Shown piece by piece: positions 51,961 to 64,000 of a DNA stretch of 64,000 bases (position 1 is its first letter; the number at the start of each line of letters is the position of its first letter). Under the pieces are notes generated by a model that searched no databases, was not told where the DNA came from, and saw only the letters and a program-made list of their open reading frames with translations. A program made the translations under genes and the position numbers. The stretch is from Octopus bimaculoides (Eukaryota): the NCBI RefSeq assembly GCF_001194135.2, contig NC_068996.1, forward strand, positions 54,303,325 to 54,367,324, given 5' to 3'.

Positions 51961-52589
51961 GGCATCATTCGAAAGTTAAAGTATGGAGCGCATCGTGCGA
52001 CCAGCTGTGTATAAGAACGTTCGATAATGTGTTGTATACAATGATACAACGATACATATGTATATATATATATATATGCATGTGTGTATGCGTGTATGTG
52101 ATACAATGATGTGTGTTTCTGTTGGCTTGCTCAACCGAACTTCCTTTCCCCTGTCAACAACTTATCCATCTTGAAGGGCTAGGAGGTTAAGTACCCTACG
52201 CTCATTTGTGGCCCACATTTGCGATACTTCATATGGTTAAAATGGAAGACTAAAATTATTGCTAAACACAATCACATTGTCTATAACAATTACGTCGATA
52301 ACGTACTCAATGTGACAGATACAAAAATCACGAAAATAATTCCATTTTAAAATTTATCTTCCAAAAGAACTCTAGTATAAATTTAGCCGCAATACCATCT
52401 CGTCCTTATATATAAACATTGGAAAAACAGACAATAAACATAGTACGTCATCACACACACACACACACACACATGCGCGCACACACACACACAAATACAC
52501 ACAAGCACACACACATAATACCAGTTGCATATACATGCACGAGGTTAATGAGTGTTCCCATAGATACGAATTATCTATAATCACATTCC

Positions 52590-53080
52590 TTCTTAGACGA
52601 TCTTTTTTTTATTCTCGTCTACTAAAGAGGTTTTAAATGAGGAAATCTTAAAAGTAAAACAAACATTAGTTAGTAATGGGTACCTGAATAGATTAGAAGA
52701 CAAAGCTGCAGAACAATACAAAAACAAATTCTCCCAAACATGATGCAACAGATGCAATATCCAGTAACAAAAACACACATACACACAAAAACAAACACAT
52801 ATTATACTACATAAATCAAACATACCCTGGTTACAAAATGAATGAACATTTCATTATAAAACTCATAAACCACTATACATGTATCATATCTAAGCACAAA
52901 TTCAGAATAAATTACAAAAACTCAATGACGGAGAAAAAAAATCTTCTCAGCATGACACCACGATCTTACAAGCAATCAAACGTTAGTCTGACAAACAATG
53001 TAATATGCAAATTTCAATGCAAACGTGAAAATTGTATACTTCACGATTCAAACTGTAACATCAGCAGATAAGTGCAATAC
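52590..53080 (+). mobile_element. Penelope-like element remnant (RT C-terminus / GIY-YIG N-terminus)
   Basis: KVKQTLVSNGY and TNNVICKFQCKRENC resemble the PLE LxxNGYP and VYxxxCxxC motifs; degraded. Confidence 0.45.
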
Positions 53081-53374
53081 TTTCACGTTGGTTTTGCCAA
53101 ATATTTTCAACAACGCGAATGGCAACGCGTTATACGAGAATAACACGGATTATGAAAGAAAATCAAAATATAAAAAACGCTATTTTACAGTTTCACGTCT
53201 TATACAGAACTCCACAAGAAGAGAATGACCCTGGAAACTTTAATAGCAATATATCGACCCAAAATTGGTTCTAGAGACGGAACATGCCAAGCAGAGAATG
53301 GAATCAGTGAATCAGGCAGGAGTATTACTGCTAGCCAACAGTAGGACACGATCAGCATGTCCATACAATGTATA

Positions 53375-53427
<53 letters not shown>

Positions 53428-53447
53428 AGAGAGGGGGAGAGAGAGAA

Positions 53448-53580
53448 GGCGTATGGCCCAGTGATTAGGGTGTTGCATTCACGATCGAGAAATCGTGGAT
53501 TCGATTCACAGTTCGGGCAGTGTGTTGTATTCATCAGCAAAATGCTTAATTTTGCGTTGCCCTGCATGACACACAGACAA
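53448..53580 (+). mobile_element. tRNA-derived SINE head fragment
   Basis: ggcgtatggcccagtgattagg A box; ggattcgattc B box. Confidence 0.6.
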
Positions 53581-53904
53581 TGTCAATTTGATGGAGGGAC
53601 TGAGCTAACGTGCAACAAAACACATTTGATCATTATAGACAAATCATTTGATGTTGTTGATCAACATGAAATTGTGGAACCCTCATCCGTTGTTTAACGA
53701 CGGGACAGCTTATAACATACATACACAAACATGCAAACATACATACATTCACGCATACATACATACAAGCATACATACATACATAGATACATACATACAT
53801 ACATACATACACATACATACATACATACATACATACATACATACATACATACATACATACATACATACATACGTCATACATGCATATATACATGAACAGT
53901 AATT

Positions 53905-54295
53905 GTTCCATCTTCACTGTCAACTGCATATCTAACTTTCCGTCCATGAACTATCAGATGACTGTTCAGTCTCGTTGTAGATTTGCTTGGTTTGAAGCAA
54001 AAATGATAGGCGAAAGTTGTAACTTACTGCGCGCTTCCAACTGGTTAGGTCTGCACTCGTCACCACTCTTCTATTGAGAAAGGACTTTCAGTAGTTGGGA
54101 TGACAAATGAGGTCGCCATAAAGAGACATCTGTACATCATTGCAATATAGTGACAAACGTTTGTACAACGCGTATATCACTCTCTGGATCTCTGTGATTA
54201 GCGCCTCGTGACAGTCCTAAGCAAAATCGCCAGCAACTACGTGAAACTGCTGGTTTTACATGAACGTCCCTCTCCTAGAAGGATGTTGCGACAGT
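53905..54295. repeat. Unclassified interspersed repeat, copy 2 (may continue to ~54940)
   Basis: Near-identical to 22087-22422. Confidence 0.85.
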
Positions 54296-56088
54296 TGCTA
54301 GGGTTCCCTCACTCCTTGTTGTTTTTCTGTACGCCCTGACACCCACCATTTCTGTGTCCCTGTGCTGAGATGGATCGCCATCACATATGTTAGTTAAACT
54401 ACAGCTGTGATCCTGACAAGTGTTTCTATTCTGGGTCAGTTGCAGACCTGAAAACAATAGTGACTAAGAGGTGGTTCCACGCTCCTGAAAACCTTTGCAT
54501 TTCTGAACCAGGACCCACAACCGGATGCAATTGAAAAAACTGGAGCAACATTTTATATTCAGAACTGGAACCATGGTACCGATATTTCTCTCTCGCTCCT
54601 TCGTCCCTCCGTATACTGTGATAAGGTTTTATTTTTAGACTTCCTCTCATTTTAATTTTTCTCTTAAGGTACCCCCACAAGCTTCTCTCCCGCTTTTTAT
54701 TTATCTTTCCTTCTATCTCTTTCACATAGTTTCGTTCTCCTAATATTTCCACTTCATGTATCCATTCTCGCATTGATTTGCGTTCCCTATCAGTTGCTCC
54801 CAGCCACTAAAACGTAGATGCAAATTACTTCTGTATTTCTTTGTTCTCTCTGTATTCTTAGCTCTGAAGAAAGGCACTGCCCGTAAGGTCATAAACTTCG
54901 CTTTCACATGGCAATATTACTTCAAACTCCTTGTCATTTTTGCTAAATAATATAAGCCTTGCCAACGCAGACTACCACGAGTCTTCTTCAGTTCTCTTAT
55001 AAAAATATGTGTATGTGTAAATTATATACATATATACATAAACACATGCATATATACATATATGATAAAGCATGTATGTACGTACGAGCGTATGTATATA
55101 TGTATGTATGTATGTCCGGGTGATTTTTCACTAAAAATAAAAGGATAGAGTTTGGACAAAAGCTAAATTGTCTTTTTAATAGATTTTTCTATGTGTCATT
55201 TATAGAATCTTGAATTCCTTATTTTTCTGGTGGTTCTGAGTAGATATTGGTCTGTAATTTCATGAATCGCATCTGAGATTTAGACCCATGGCTAGAATTT
55301 GATCAGGACCAATGTTGCTGGTGAATTGAAATCTCTGATAATGCAGACTTAAACATATATTTTGTGCGGAAGGTAACATTCTTATCAGAATTTGGTACCA
55401 GACACATTTCTTCAATGTTCATTAGAAGACACTGATTATGCCTTTTGCCGTTCCTATGCATTTGTATGGTGTTCGATACCGAGAAATGGTCATTAGAGTT
55501 ATATTCGCTGTTTCTGGTTTGTCTTGACACTTTTTAGGAATCTCCTGGCTTGCTGTGACAGGTTGCATAAATTTTTTAGCATTTCAAAAAAATTACCTTT
55601 CAAAGTAAACATGTTTATCTTTTTTCACGTGACATTTGTAATTCAAGCAGTCTTCTGAAGAGCACATTTTACTTGACTCTATTATTTTATTTTACAACTG
55701 TTTTGTGATTAATAAGGTACTGCAAAATCCATTAACGTATTTTCGTCTTTTGGTAATAATTATTATAAATAATTCTTTCAGACTTTATGGCAAGTGAACG
55801 CTTTTCTTGTTTCTTTGTATTACAACACATATCTGACGGAGACTTTCAATTCTAATTAGTTTCTTTGGATCTATTTTACTGCTTAAATTTCGATGTATAA
55901 CGTCACTCTAAAAATGTTAATACGATCCACATCCAAAACTTTACTTCTGTACTTTAGTGATATTATTTTCAGTGTCCACTTGGTTCCATTCCCTTCATTA
56001 TTCATTACTTCGCCATTACTAAACTCCACGTCACATCTCTGAGCACGGCACGTTTTCTCTCACTTTCTTTTTCTCCTCTCCTCCTCTC

Positions 56089-56158
<70 letters not shown>

Positions 56159-58879
56159 TCACAACACACGCACAGATACATACTCGCTCACTCACTCCAG
56201 CGGCTTAAATAGATTTACACGTAGTCGTTAGTTGCCGTATAACATGTCGCTTACGCTTTCTTTTGTTCTACTGAATAAATATTGAATTCTCCTGACACAT
56301 TTATCTCAATTTTCAAGTCATACATAAACAATCTTTTATCACTTAATTGTCTACCAAATAATATATATTCTTGGGTATTCCCTTGATAATCCCATCACTT
56401 CAAATCCAGCTACTCTAAATTGAACCACATTTATCACAGTCTTCCACATAAACAACTATACAGATTATCGCTAGATTTTTATCTAATAATTCTAGCCTGA
56501 ACACATTATCCATTCAGATATTGATTTCAACTGAAATCCATGTTATATAGTTTTCGCACCTAGGAATTACATTGTTCTACCTGAAACCTTTCAGTAAGGT
56601 TCATGTGCTTCCATTTACCTAACCGATCCATTTTCACCACCTTTTCTGTTTCATACATAATTTACAAACACTATAACACAATATAGTATCATAAATAGTT
56701 TTCATTATGATATCTATTCTAATATAAGTACAAATACACAAATTTTATAGGAGGGATATACTTGATTATAACGACATTAGTATTTGACTGCTACATATTG
56801 ACATAGGGGAGATATCATATCTATTTTTCGAATTTGTTGTTACAAATGCAGATCCTAAAGGAACGTGCAGTATTTTAATATTTGTGTCGTCGAAACGTCA
56901 AATTTTCTTACTATCTGTTACTTTAAAATCCTTTCCAAACCAAATTCTGACTGGAAATTATCTCCTTCAGGAATTTTTTTGTTTTTGTGGCCTGTTTTTG
57001 TTTCTGTCTACGTAAAAATATTCTCAGTGTTGACCAGCGTTTAAACATTGTCTTCTAAGCCCAAGCTCATAATCTTGTGACTACAGTCATACAATTATGA
57101 TAAGCAAGGTTCAAAATTAACTTCATGGTAAACATAGAAAACTACAACCAGGTTTTTTTGTGAATTTTGCCATTACTCTAATTTACACTGGTATCCCTTG
57201 ATAGATCCTATCTCACGAGCTCTTATCTCACTAACTCCAATCTCTTACGTTATTCCAATCAGATTCGTGTCTTGCGTACTTCGCCAAAATTCATGTAAAA
57301 AAATTGCAAAGTATTCCAACAAATAATCACTCTGTAGTTCTCTCATTCAAGTTTCATTATTTGGGAAGCAGAACGGTCCAACTCTGTAATATCCACTTCA
57401 AGGAAGCACGTGAATAAAAATAATTTACTTTCTTATAAGGTGAATTACTTCCAATCTGAGACTGAAATGCTTCACTAAATGAATATTTTTCATACTGATT
57501 GCTTCCTTTATACATTCAAACAATGCTTTTGTCCATTCATAACGATTTCCATGTAAATTTTCTCTTCGATACGACAGTCCATAATTTTAACTTACGTATG
57601 CCTGACCTCAAGACACCTGCATGATTTATAATATTCACACAGTATCCTTGAAGAAAGAGTAATTCATTAAACTCTACGGCTATTTTCGATGGAATCCTTC
57701 TTTGCGTAAAATTAAGATGGTTTCCGAATATCAAATAAAGAGAATTTTAAGGTCAATTTTTTTCCAAAAGTTTTTTAAAATTATTTTGCATACAGATGTA
57801 GTTTTGTTTAATAAAAATATATTCATATATTTTGGAACATTATATAACGCAAACAATGAAACATTTTGTTGAAAACTTCTTTTCAGAATTTACATATTTG
57901 AACCAATTCCTTACAGATCTTTTGATTTATTCAAAAAATAGAGTATTTCCTTCCATAATTTGTCTTTATATTTCTTAACTAATAACAATACCTTTAAAAC
58001 AGCAAATTCATACTGAAATATTCACCAAGGTAAAGCATGTCTAAAAACTGATACTCTTAATATATTTGAAGATGTATATGAAAGAGACTATGTTTTGATG
58101 GATAAGTGTTTTAAGCATAGACTCAGTGTGATGGCAACGATTGGGCAGAAATCGCTAAACTCTCAGTTGTATACCTCAATTAACTCGGATATCTACGCAG
58201 ACAAAGATCAATTATTAATACATCAATAAATTCATCGAAATGAGATTATAATTGCTAGTATTGACAGTTAATATGAATGACAATGTTATAGGGTTCCATC
58301 GAATCGATTTTGATTTATATCAGCTTAAGCTTAATATTAAATATTAATTAAAATAAGCATAGAATTCACATAATGGATAAGTAAAGAACTGTAATTTACT
58401 TAAATTTTGCAGCTGATATTTTGCCGTTAGGTATGTAAATAAAAATATATTTTAGCATGATAAAAATTCAAAATAAGGCAATTTTTTCATGTAGAGTCAT
58501 CGCCAGCGGGCATATTCTGAATGATGATAAAATCTTACAATATAATGTGTTATCGCAGCTTATGTTTGTACTTCAAAAGATATTTATTATTTCATGTTTT
58601 CTTTAATTCATGTGACGTAAATACTTGTAAGCTTAATACAGGAAAGCTAGAAAATATAAACCTAATTTCAAATGTTTAAAGAAGCGTTTAAATGGTAGAA
58701 ATTATGTTTATCTTCTCTGAAATTACAAACAATAAATAGTCAATTTTGTGGGTTATTTTTTTTTTTATCAAACGCATGATTCTCGCTTATCCAAAACACC
58801 TCAGATTTAATGACGAACGTTTGAGATTATGAGATATTCAGGTTCCTCTCAAGATTACGGGAAACACTTCACTTTAGAC

Positions 58880-59040
58880 GGAGGCATGTTTGTGTGGTAC
58901 GAAGTTCTCTTCCCAAGCACACGGTTTCGGGTTCAGTCCCACTATACGGCACCTTGCGCAAGTATCTTTTACTAGAGCACTGGGTAGGCTGAAACCTTGA
59001 GAATTTGATAGACTGGAACTGAAAGAAGCTCGTCGTATGA

Positions 59041-59072
<32 letters not shown>

Positions 59073-59995
59073 TATTCATTTAAAATATAGAGATGCCTAT
59101 AATAGGACATCTAACCCGCTAGAAAGAGCAGCAAAACACTCTATACCACAAAAATAGGGATAATTTCGAAAGAGAATGAAAAATAAAAACATTTTTACCA
59201 GTCTATACTCTGTACCATGGTTTCAAGCTATTTAGCAAGATAAAAATATATCTAACTCGGGAGCTTTCGTCAGCAGAGTTCCGGATTAGCGTGTAAACAT
59301 GAGCCAAGGAAAGAAACTGACTCGAGTTTACAAGCTTAATTTCTCAAAAATTAACCACGCATGTGCGCATTAACTAATCAGCAGTAAATGTAAGACAAAT
59401 GCCGATTTTCTTTCAGAAATTAGCCAAAAAATATAATATCATTANNNNNNNNNNNNNNNNNNNNNNNNNNNNNNNNNNNNNNNNNNNNNNNNNNNNNNNN
59501 NNNNNNNNNNNNNNNNNNNNNNNNNNNNNNNNNNNNNNNNNNNNNNNNNNNNNNNNNNNNNNNNNNNNNNNNNNNNNNNNNNNNNNNNNNNNNNNNNNNN
59601 NNNNNNNNNNNNNNNNNNNNNNNNNNNNNNNNNNNNNNNNNNNNNNNNNNNNNNNNNNNNNNNNNNNNNNNNNNNNNNNNNNNNNNNNNNNNNNNNNNNN
59701 NNNNNNNNNNNNNNNNNNNNNNNNNNNNNNNNNNNNNNNNNNNNNNNNNNNNNNTATATATATATATATATATATATGTATGTTTGTCTGTGTATGTACC
59801 CCACTACCACTTGACAACAGTTGTTGATTTGCTTATTTCTCGTAACTTAGCGACTCAGCACAAGAGTCCAATAGAAAAAGTATCAGGTTTTAAAATAAGA
59901 ACTTGGGTCAATTTGTTCGACTAAACTCTTCAAAGCAGTGCCCCAATATGACCGCAGCCCAAGACTAAAACAAGTAAAAGATAAAAGAAAAGATT
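58880..59995 (+). mobile_element. SINE family 1 split at its internal (TA)n: 5' half 58880-59040, 3' half 59765-59995
   Basis: Head and tail motifs separated by ~400 bp of other sequence plus a gap. Confidence 0.6.
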
Positions 59996-60079
59996 TGAAT
60001 GAACATCGAAAATTTCTCTGGACTAGGATCATTGGAAGCACAACTTTAGCGCAAATAACAATCATTTCAAGTTTGTAAC

Positions 60080-62250
60080 ATCTGCCAAAAACAATGTAGG
60101 AACTTGAAAAAATAAGTTGCACCATTTAGCAATCACTTATAAATATTTCTTTCTTCTGGGCATCCAAAGACAATATTATTTATTGTTTCTTCTCCATCAC
60201 CACATTCTGCAGCTATTGTATTTCTTTTCATTATGTGTTTTTTGGTAATTTCTGGTGGGGAGGCTTTGGTTTTGTACTACAATTAAAAATTCTTCAGTCT
60301 CTGCTTTGAGTTCTGAGCTTCTCAGCCATTGTTGGGATTTTGCTTTGTCTATTTCTTTTCTGTTTAATTTAACTCATTATTTGCCATGAAGAGGCTTTTC
60401 TTGCTATCGTTTTATCATGACCCGTTGCTATTCCAGTTTTAGTTTGGATTTCAGTTGTTTTACAGCTTTTGTCGTTTCTTCTTTTTCTTCATAGTTGTTT
60501 TTTTAATTTGTCAGCTTCCTTAAAGACAGAAAGCAGTTTTTTGTTTTGTTCGTGTTCTGTGGCTATTTGTATCAGTTTTCTTTGTTTCTTAAGTAGGTAT
60601 TTCTGTAATCCTATGGTCGTTATTTTCTAATAGTTTTCTAGCTGTATAAGACCTCTATCACCCCCGATACGTTGTAGATATAACCTTTGTATGTCAGATT
60701 TTGGATGGTCCATCCTAAATCCTGTCCTTATTTTTCTTGTTTTCCCGTCTATTTTGATTAGTTCATTTAGAGTCTAGTTAAGAATACTGTAGCTGTAACT
60801 TATAAGTGAAACGGATAGAGTGTTAATACCCATTATCTTGTTTTTTGCATTGACCTCTGTTTTCCGTATTAATCTAACCCATCTGTATTATTCATTTCTT
60901 ATTTGTGTGTGTTGTATTGTATCTAGTTCATTGATTCCTAAATATTTGTATGTCTGGCTTTTGTGTAATTCTCTTATTTCATTTGCTTTATCTAGTGTAA
61001 TGTTTTTCTTCACTAAATTTCCTCTTTTCAAGGTTGCTTCGGCACATTTTTCTTCGCCAAATTTCATGTTTATTTCTTTGGTAAATCCATGTACTGCCTA
61101 TTGTAATGTTTTCAGCTGTTTATCTTTCGCAGCGTACAGTTTTAGATTATCTATATACAAGAGATGGTCGATTATTTTGCCGTTATAGTTGTGTCCACAT
61201 CCAGTTTTGTTTAGCAAGTGAGATAAGGGTGTCGGCGCCAAGCAAAAAGGGATTGGAGAGAGCGTGTCTCCCTGGAATATTCCTCTTCTAATAGGGAATG
61301 CTTTGGTTTTTAAGAGTCCCTCAGTTGTCTGTCGCTGAAGCATTGTTTGCCTCTTATTCATGGAATGTTTTATTTATTCTATGATTATGGATGCTACCTT
61401 GTTCATGGCTAGTATTTCTAGGATCCATGTGTGGGGAATATTATCAAAAGCCATTTGACAATCGATCCAAGCTATACTTAGACTTTCTTTTCCTATGGCT
61501 GTCTTCAGTTATGGCTTTATTGATCAATAGCTGATCTTCACATTTGTATGAGCCCTTTCAGCTTCCTTTCTGTTCTTCTGGAAACAGGTTGTTTTCTTCC
61601 AGATATTTGCCCATTATCTGCGATATCATTGCAGTAAAGACTTGGTAAATTGTCGGGAGAGAAGTTATCGGTCTGTAATTTTGTGGGTTTGCCGGTTCCG
61701 TGGATTTGAGAACTAGGATAGTAGTCCCTTTCGTGAACCATTCAGGCATTGTCTATGGCTTGTATTTCATTAAATTTCTCAGTCAGCATTTTATGTATTC
61801 TTCTTAAATATTTTAACCAGAATTTGGGAATCTTTTCGCGCCCGAGTGCCTTCTAGTTGCTTTGTTTTTGCAGTGCCTGGGTGACCTCCTCTTCAGTTGT
61901 TATAGGAGTCCAGGTTTGCTCAGGTGCTGTGTTTGTCATTTTGATAGATCTTTTCTGATGTTGTTCTTTCGCCGACCATATTACTTTCCAAAATTCTGCT
62001 GGTGGTGCTGCATTGATATCTATTTTCTTTTTGCCAAGTTCTGGTAGAATCTTTTGGGGTTGGAGATGAACTGTTTGTTTTGTTCAAAGAAGCGTTGGCG
62101 TTTCTCATATCGGCTGATTCTTTGTGTTTTAGTGAGGATCTAATGCTTTAACTTTTTTTTTTTTACCTCAGGTATACCTTCTTCTGTAATTTTGTATTTA
62201 CGTTGTATTTTCTTCTCTTCTTGTTGCTTATAGTGTTGATTGAGTGCTGA
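60080..62250 (-). mobile_element. R4/Dong LINE, ~2.2 kb frameshifted RT region
   Basis: PEWFTKGTTILVLK..NYRPITSL, EEQKGS, RRGIFQGDTLSP, HLLYIDNLKLYA, QWLRSSELKAETE, CRMC..EETI. Confidence 0.92.
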
Positions 62251-62593
62251 TACTTCCAACTGCACCAATTACTATTGCTATCACATCTACTTTCTTCATT
62301 TATCACAACCTTTGTATCTTCCACTTCAAATCGTCATAGTTGTTTATTTTTCCTTCTTCTTTCTCTTTGATCCTGCTGTTACCGAGGCATGTTATGTCGA
62401 TTACCACGCATGTTATTTCTGTTTTTTTCACCATGACAGTATCCGGTTTCCGATGTCTGCTCAGGTGATCACACTGGATCATTGTATCCCACAGGATTTT
62501 GCAATTCTCATTCTCAGTGACCCCTTCTAGGGTTTGCACATAGCACGCCTTTGCTCTCTGTAGGCCGTGGTTTCTACAGAGCACCCAATGGAT
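62250..62593 (-). mobile_element. R4/Dong RLE fragment (family C-like)
   Basis: HWVLCRNHGL...KILWDTMIQCD...RKPDTVMV...KINNYDDLK; preceded by (GAT)n. Confidence 0.85.
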
Positions 62594-62622
62594 CAACATC
62601 ATCATCATCCTCATCATCATCC

Positions 62623-62656
<34 letters not shown>

Positions 62657-62694
62657 TATCATCATCATTATCATCATCATCATCATTATCATCA

Positions 62695-62728
<34 letters not shown>

Positions 62729-63003
62729 CATTTAACTTTTGAGAACGTTCGGTCTTCTTTGTTCTGGTAGGTTCTCTGAGAGCGGACAGCAGCCAGAGGT
62801 CTCACAGGGTCTCTTTACGCACATTGTATTCTTTGTTGCTAATTATCTTGGCTGACATTCAACATCCAAGAACCAATCTCAAAATCTTAGCTGTCCCCAG
62901 CAAAGCAGTTTTGGGGGCTTGCTCTGCTCTCATATCAATTCCGATTTCTTTGATACATTTCTCGAACTTGGCCGTTAGTGCGACGAGTGCTCCTATAACT
63001 ACT
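62729..63003 (-). mobile_element. R4/Dong family C 3' end
   Basis: VVIGALVALT...KTALLGTAKILRLVLGC* plus a distinct 3' UTR and (AAT)n. Confidence 0.85.
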
Positions 63004-63011
63004 TTATTATT

Positions 63012-63570
<559 letters not shown>

Positions 63571-63704
63571 GAGTGAGTGAGAGAGCAGTGCATGCCATCA
63601 AAGTGACACTGGGGTACAAATATACGGATCCCAGTATACCCACCATGACTACCCGTTAAGATCAGAAGCCATGAGAGCCACCACTTGGTACTGCATCAGG
63701 GCAT
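63571..63704 (-). mobile_element. Internally deleted (134 bp) copy of the non-coding (TAA)n-associated element
   Basis: Both termini retained; junction gactacccg|ttaagatcag at 63655/56 with GT microhomology; (ATT)n on both sides. Confidence 0.85.
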
Positions 63705-63720
63705 TTTATTATTATTATTG

Positions 63721-64000
63721 TTCAGTAGTTTTATTTTTATAACGTGCTTTCACTTCACTACTGAGCGCAGCTCTGTGCGCCTTCGGTATGTGCTGTGGTT
63801 TGCTGAGATGCTCTAATGGTTACTGTATTGAAAGTGTTTTGCGTAGGATGTGTGCCGTGCCCAGTAGTGCAATTTTCTGTATGTTATATATATTTGTAAG
63901 TCCTGGTGTTTTTGTTATGTATTTGTCTGAATATTTTTTTATTATACCTAAGGCACTATATCTGGTCTATTTGCCCTAATTTCTCTATCTGTGTGTATTG
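63721..64000 (-). mobile_element. R4/Dong family B 3' end with internal deletion; runs off the window
   Basis: IHTDREIRANRPDIV|ALGIIKK...LLGTAHILRKTLSIQ* plus UTR. Confidence 0.88.

Overview
AT-rich, microsatellite-saturated animal genomic DNA with 11 assembly gaps. The repeat families suggest an octopus/coleoid cephalopod (inference). The window lies inside an ether-a-go-go (eag/KCNH1-5, Kv10) K+ channel gene on the + strand. Two coding exons are supported: 41667-41791 (N-linker/CaM-binding helix) and 47280-47675 (S1-S3). The upstream PAS exons and the downstream S4-pore exons were not found. The rest appears intronic and holds tRNA-derived SINEs, degraded R4/Dong, RTE, CR1/L2, I/Jockey-type and Penelope-like retroelements, and DNA-type foldback elements. 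Most interesting signals: (i) a 30-nt in-phase candidate micro-exon or alternative first exon at 14975-15004 that would alter or replace the Eag PAS N-terminus; (ii) four long intramolecular inverted repeats in the pre-mRNA, including a ~305-bp near-perfect palindrome, a 1.17-kb foldback transposon with an 8-bp TSD, and a ~520-bp tail-to-tail hairpin 1.5 kb upstream of the S1-S3 exon, all candidate ADAR substrates; (iii) nests of R4/Dong LINEs inserted in (TAA)n tracts together with a non-coding, fixed-ended ~550-bp passenger element; (iv) an RTE 3' tip preserving two intact C2H2 zinc fingers. All alignments were done by eye, so repeat boundaries are approximate unless exact junctions are quoted.
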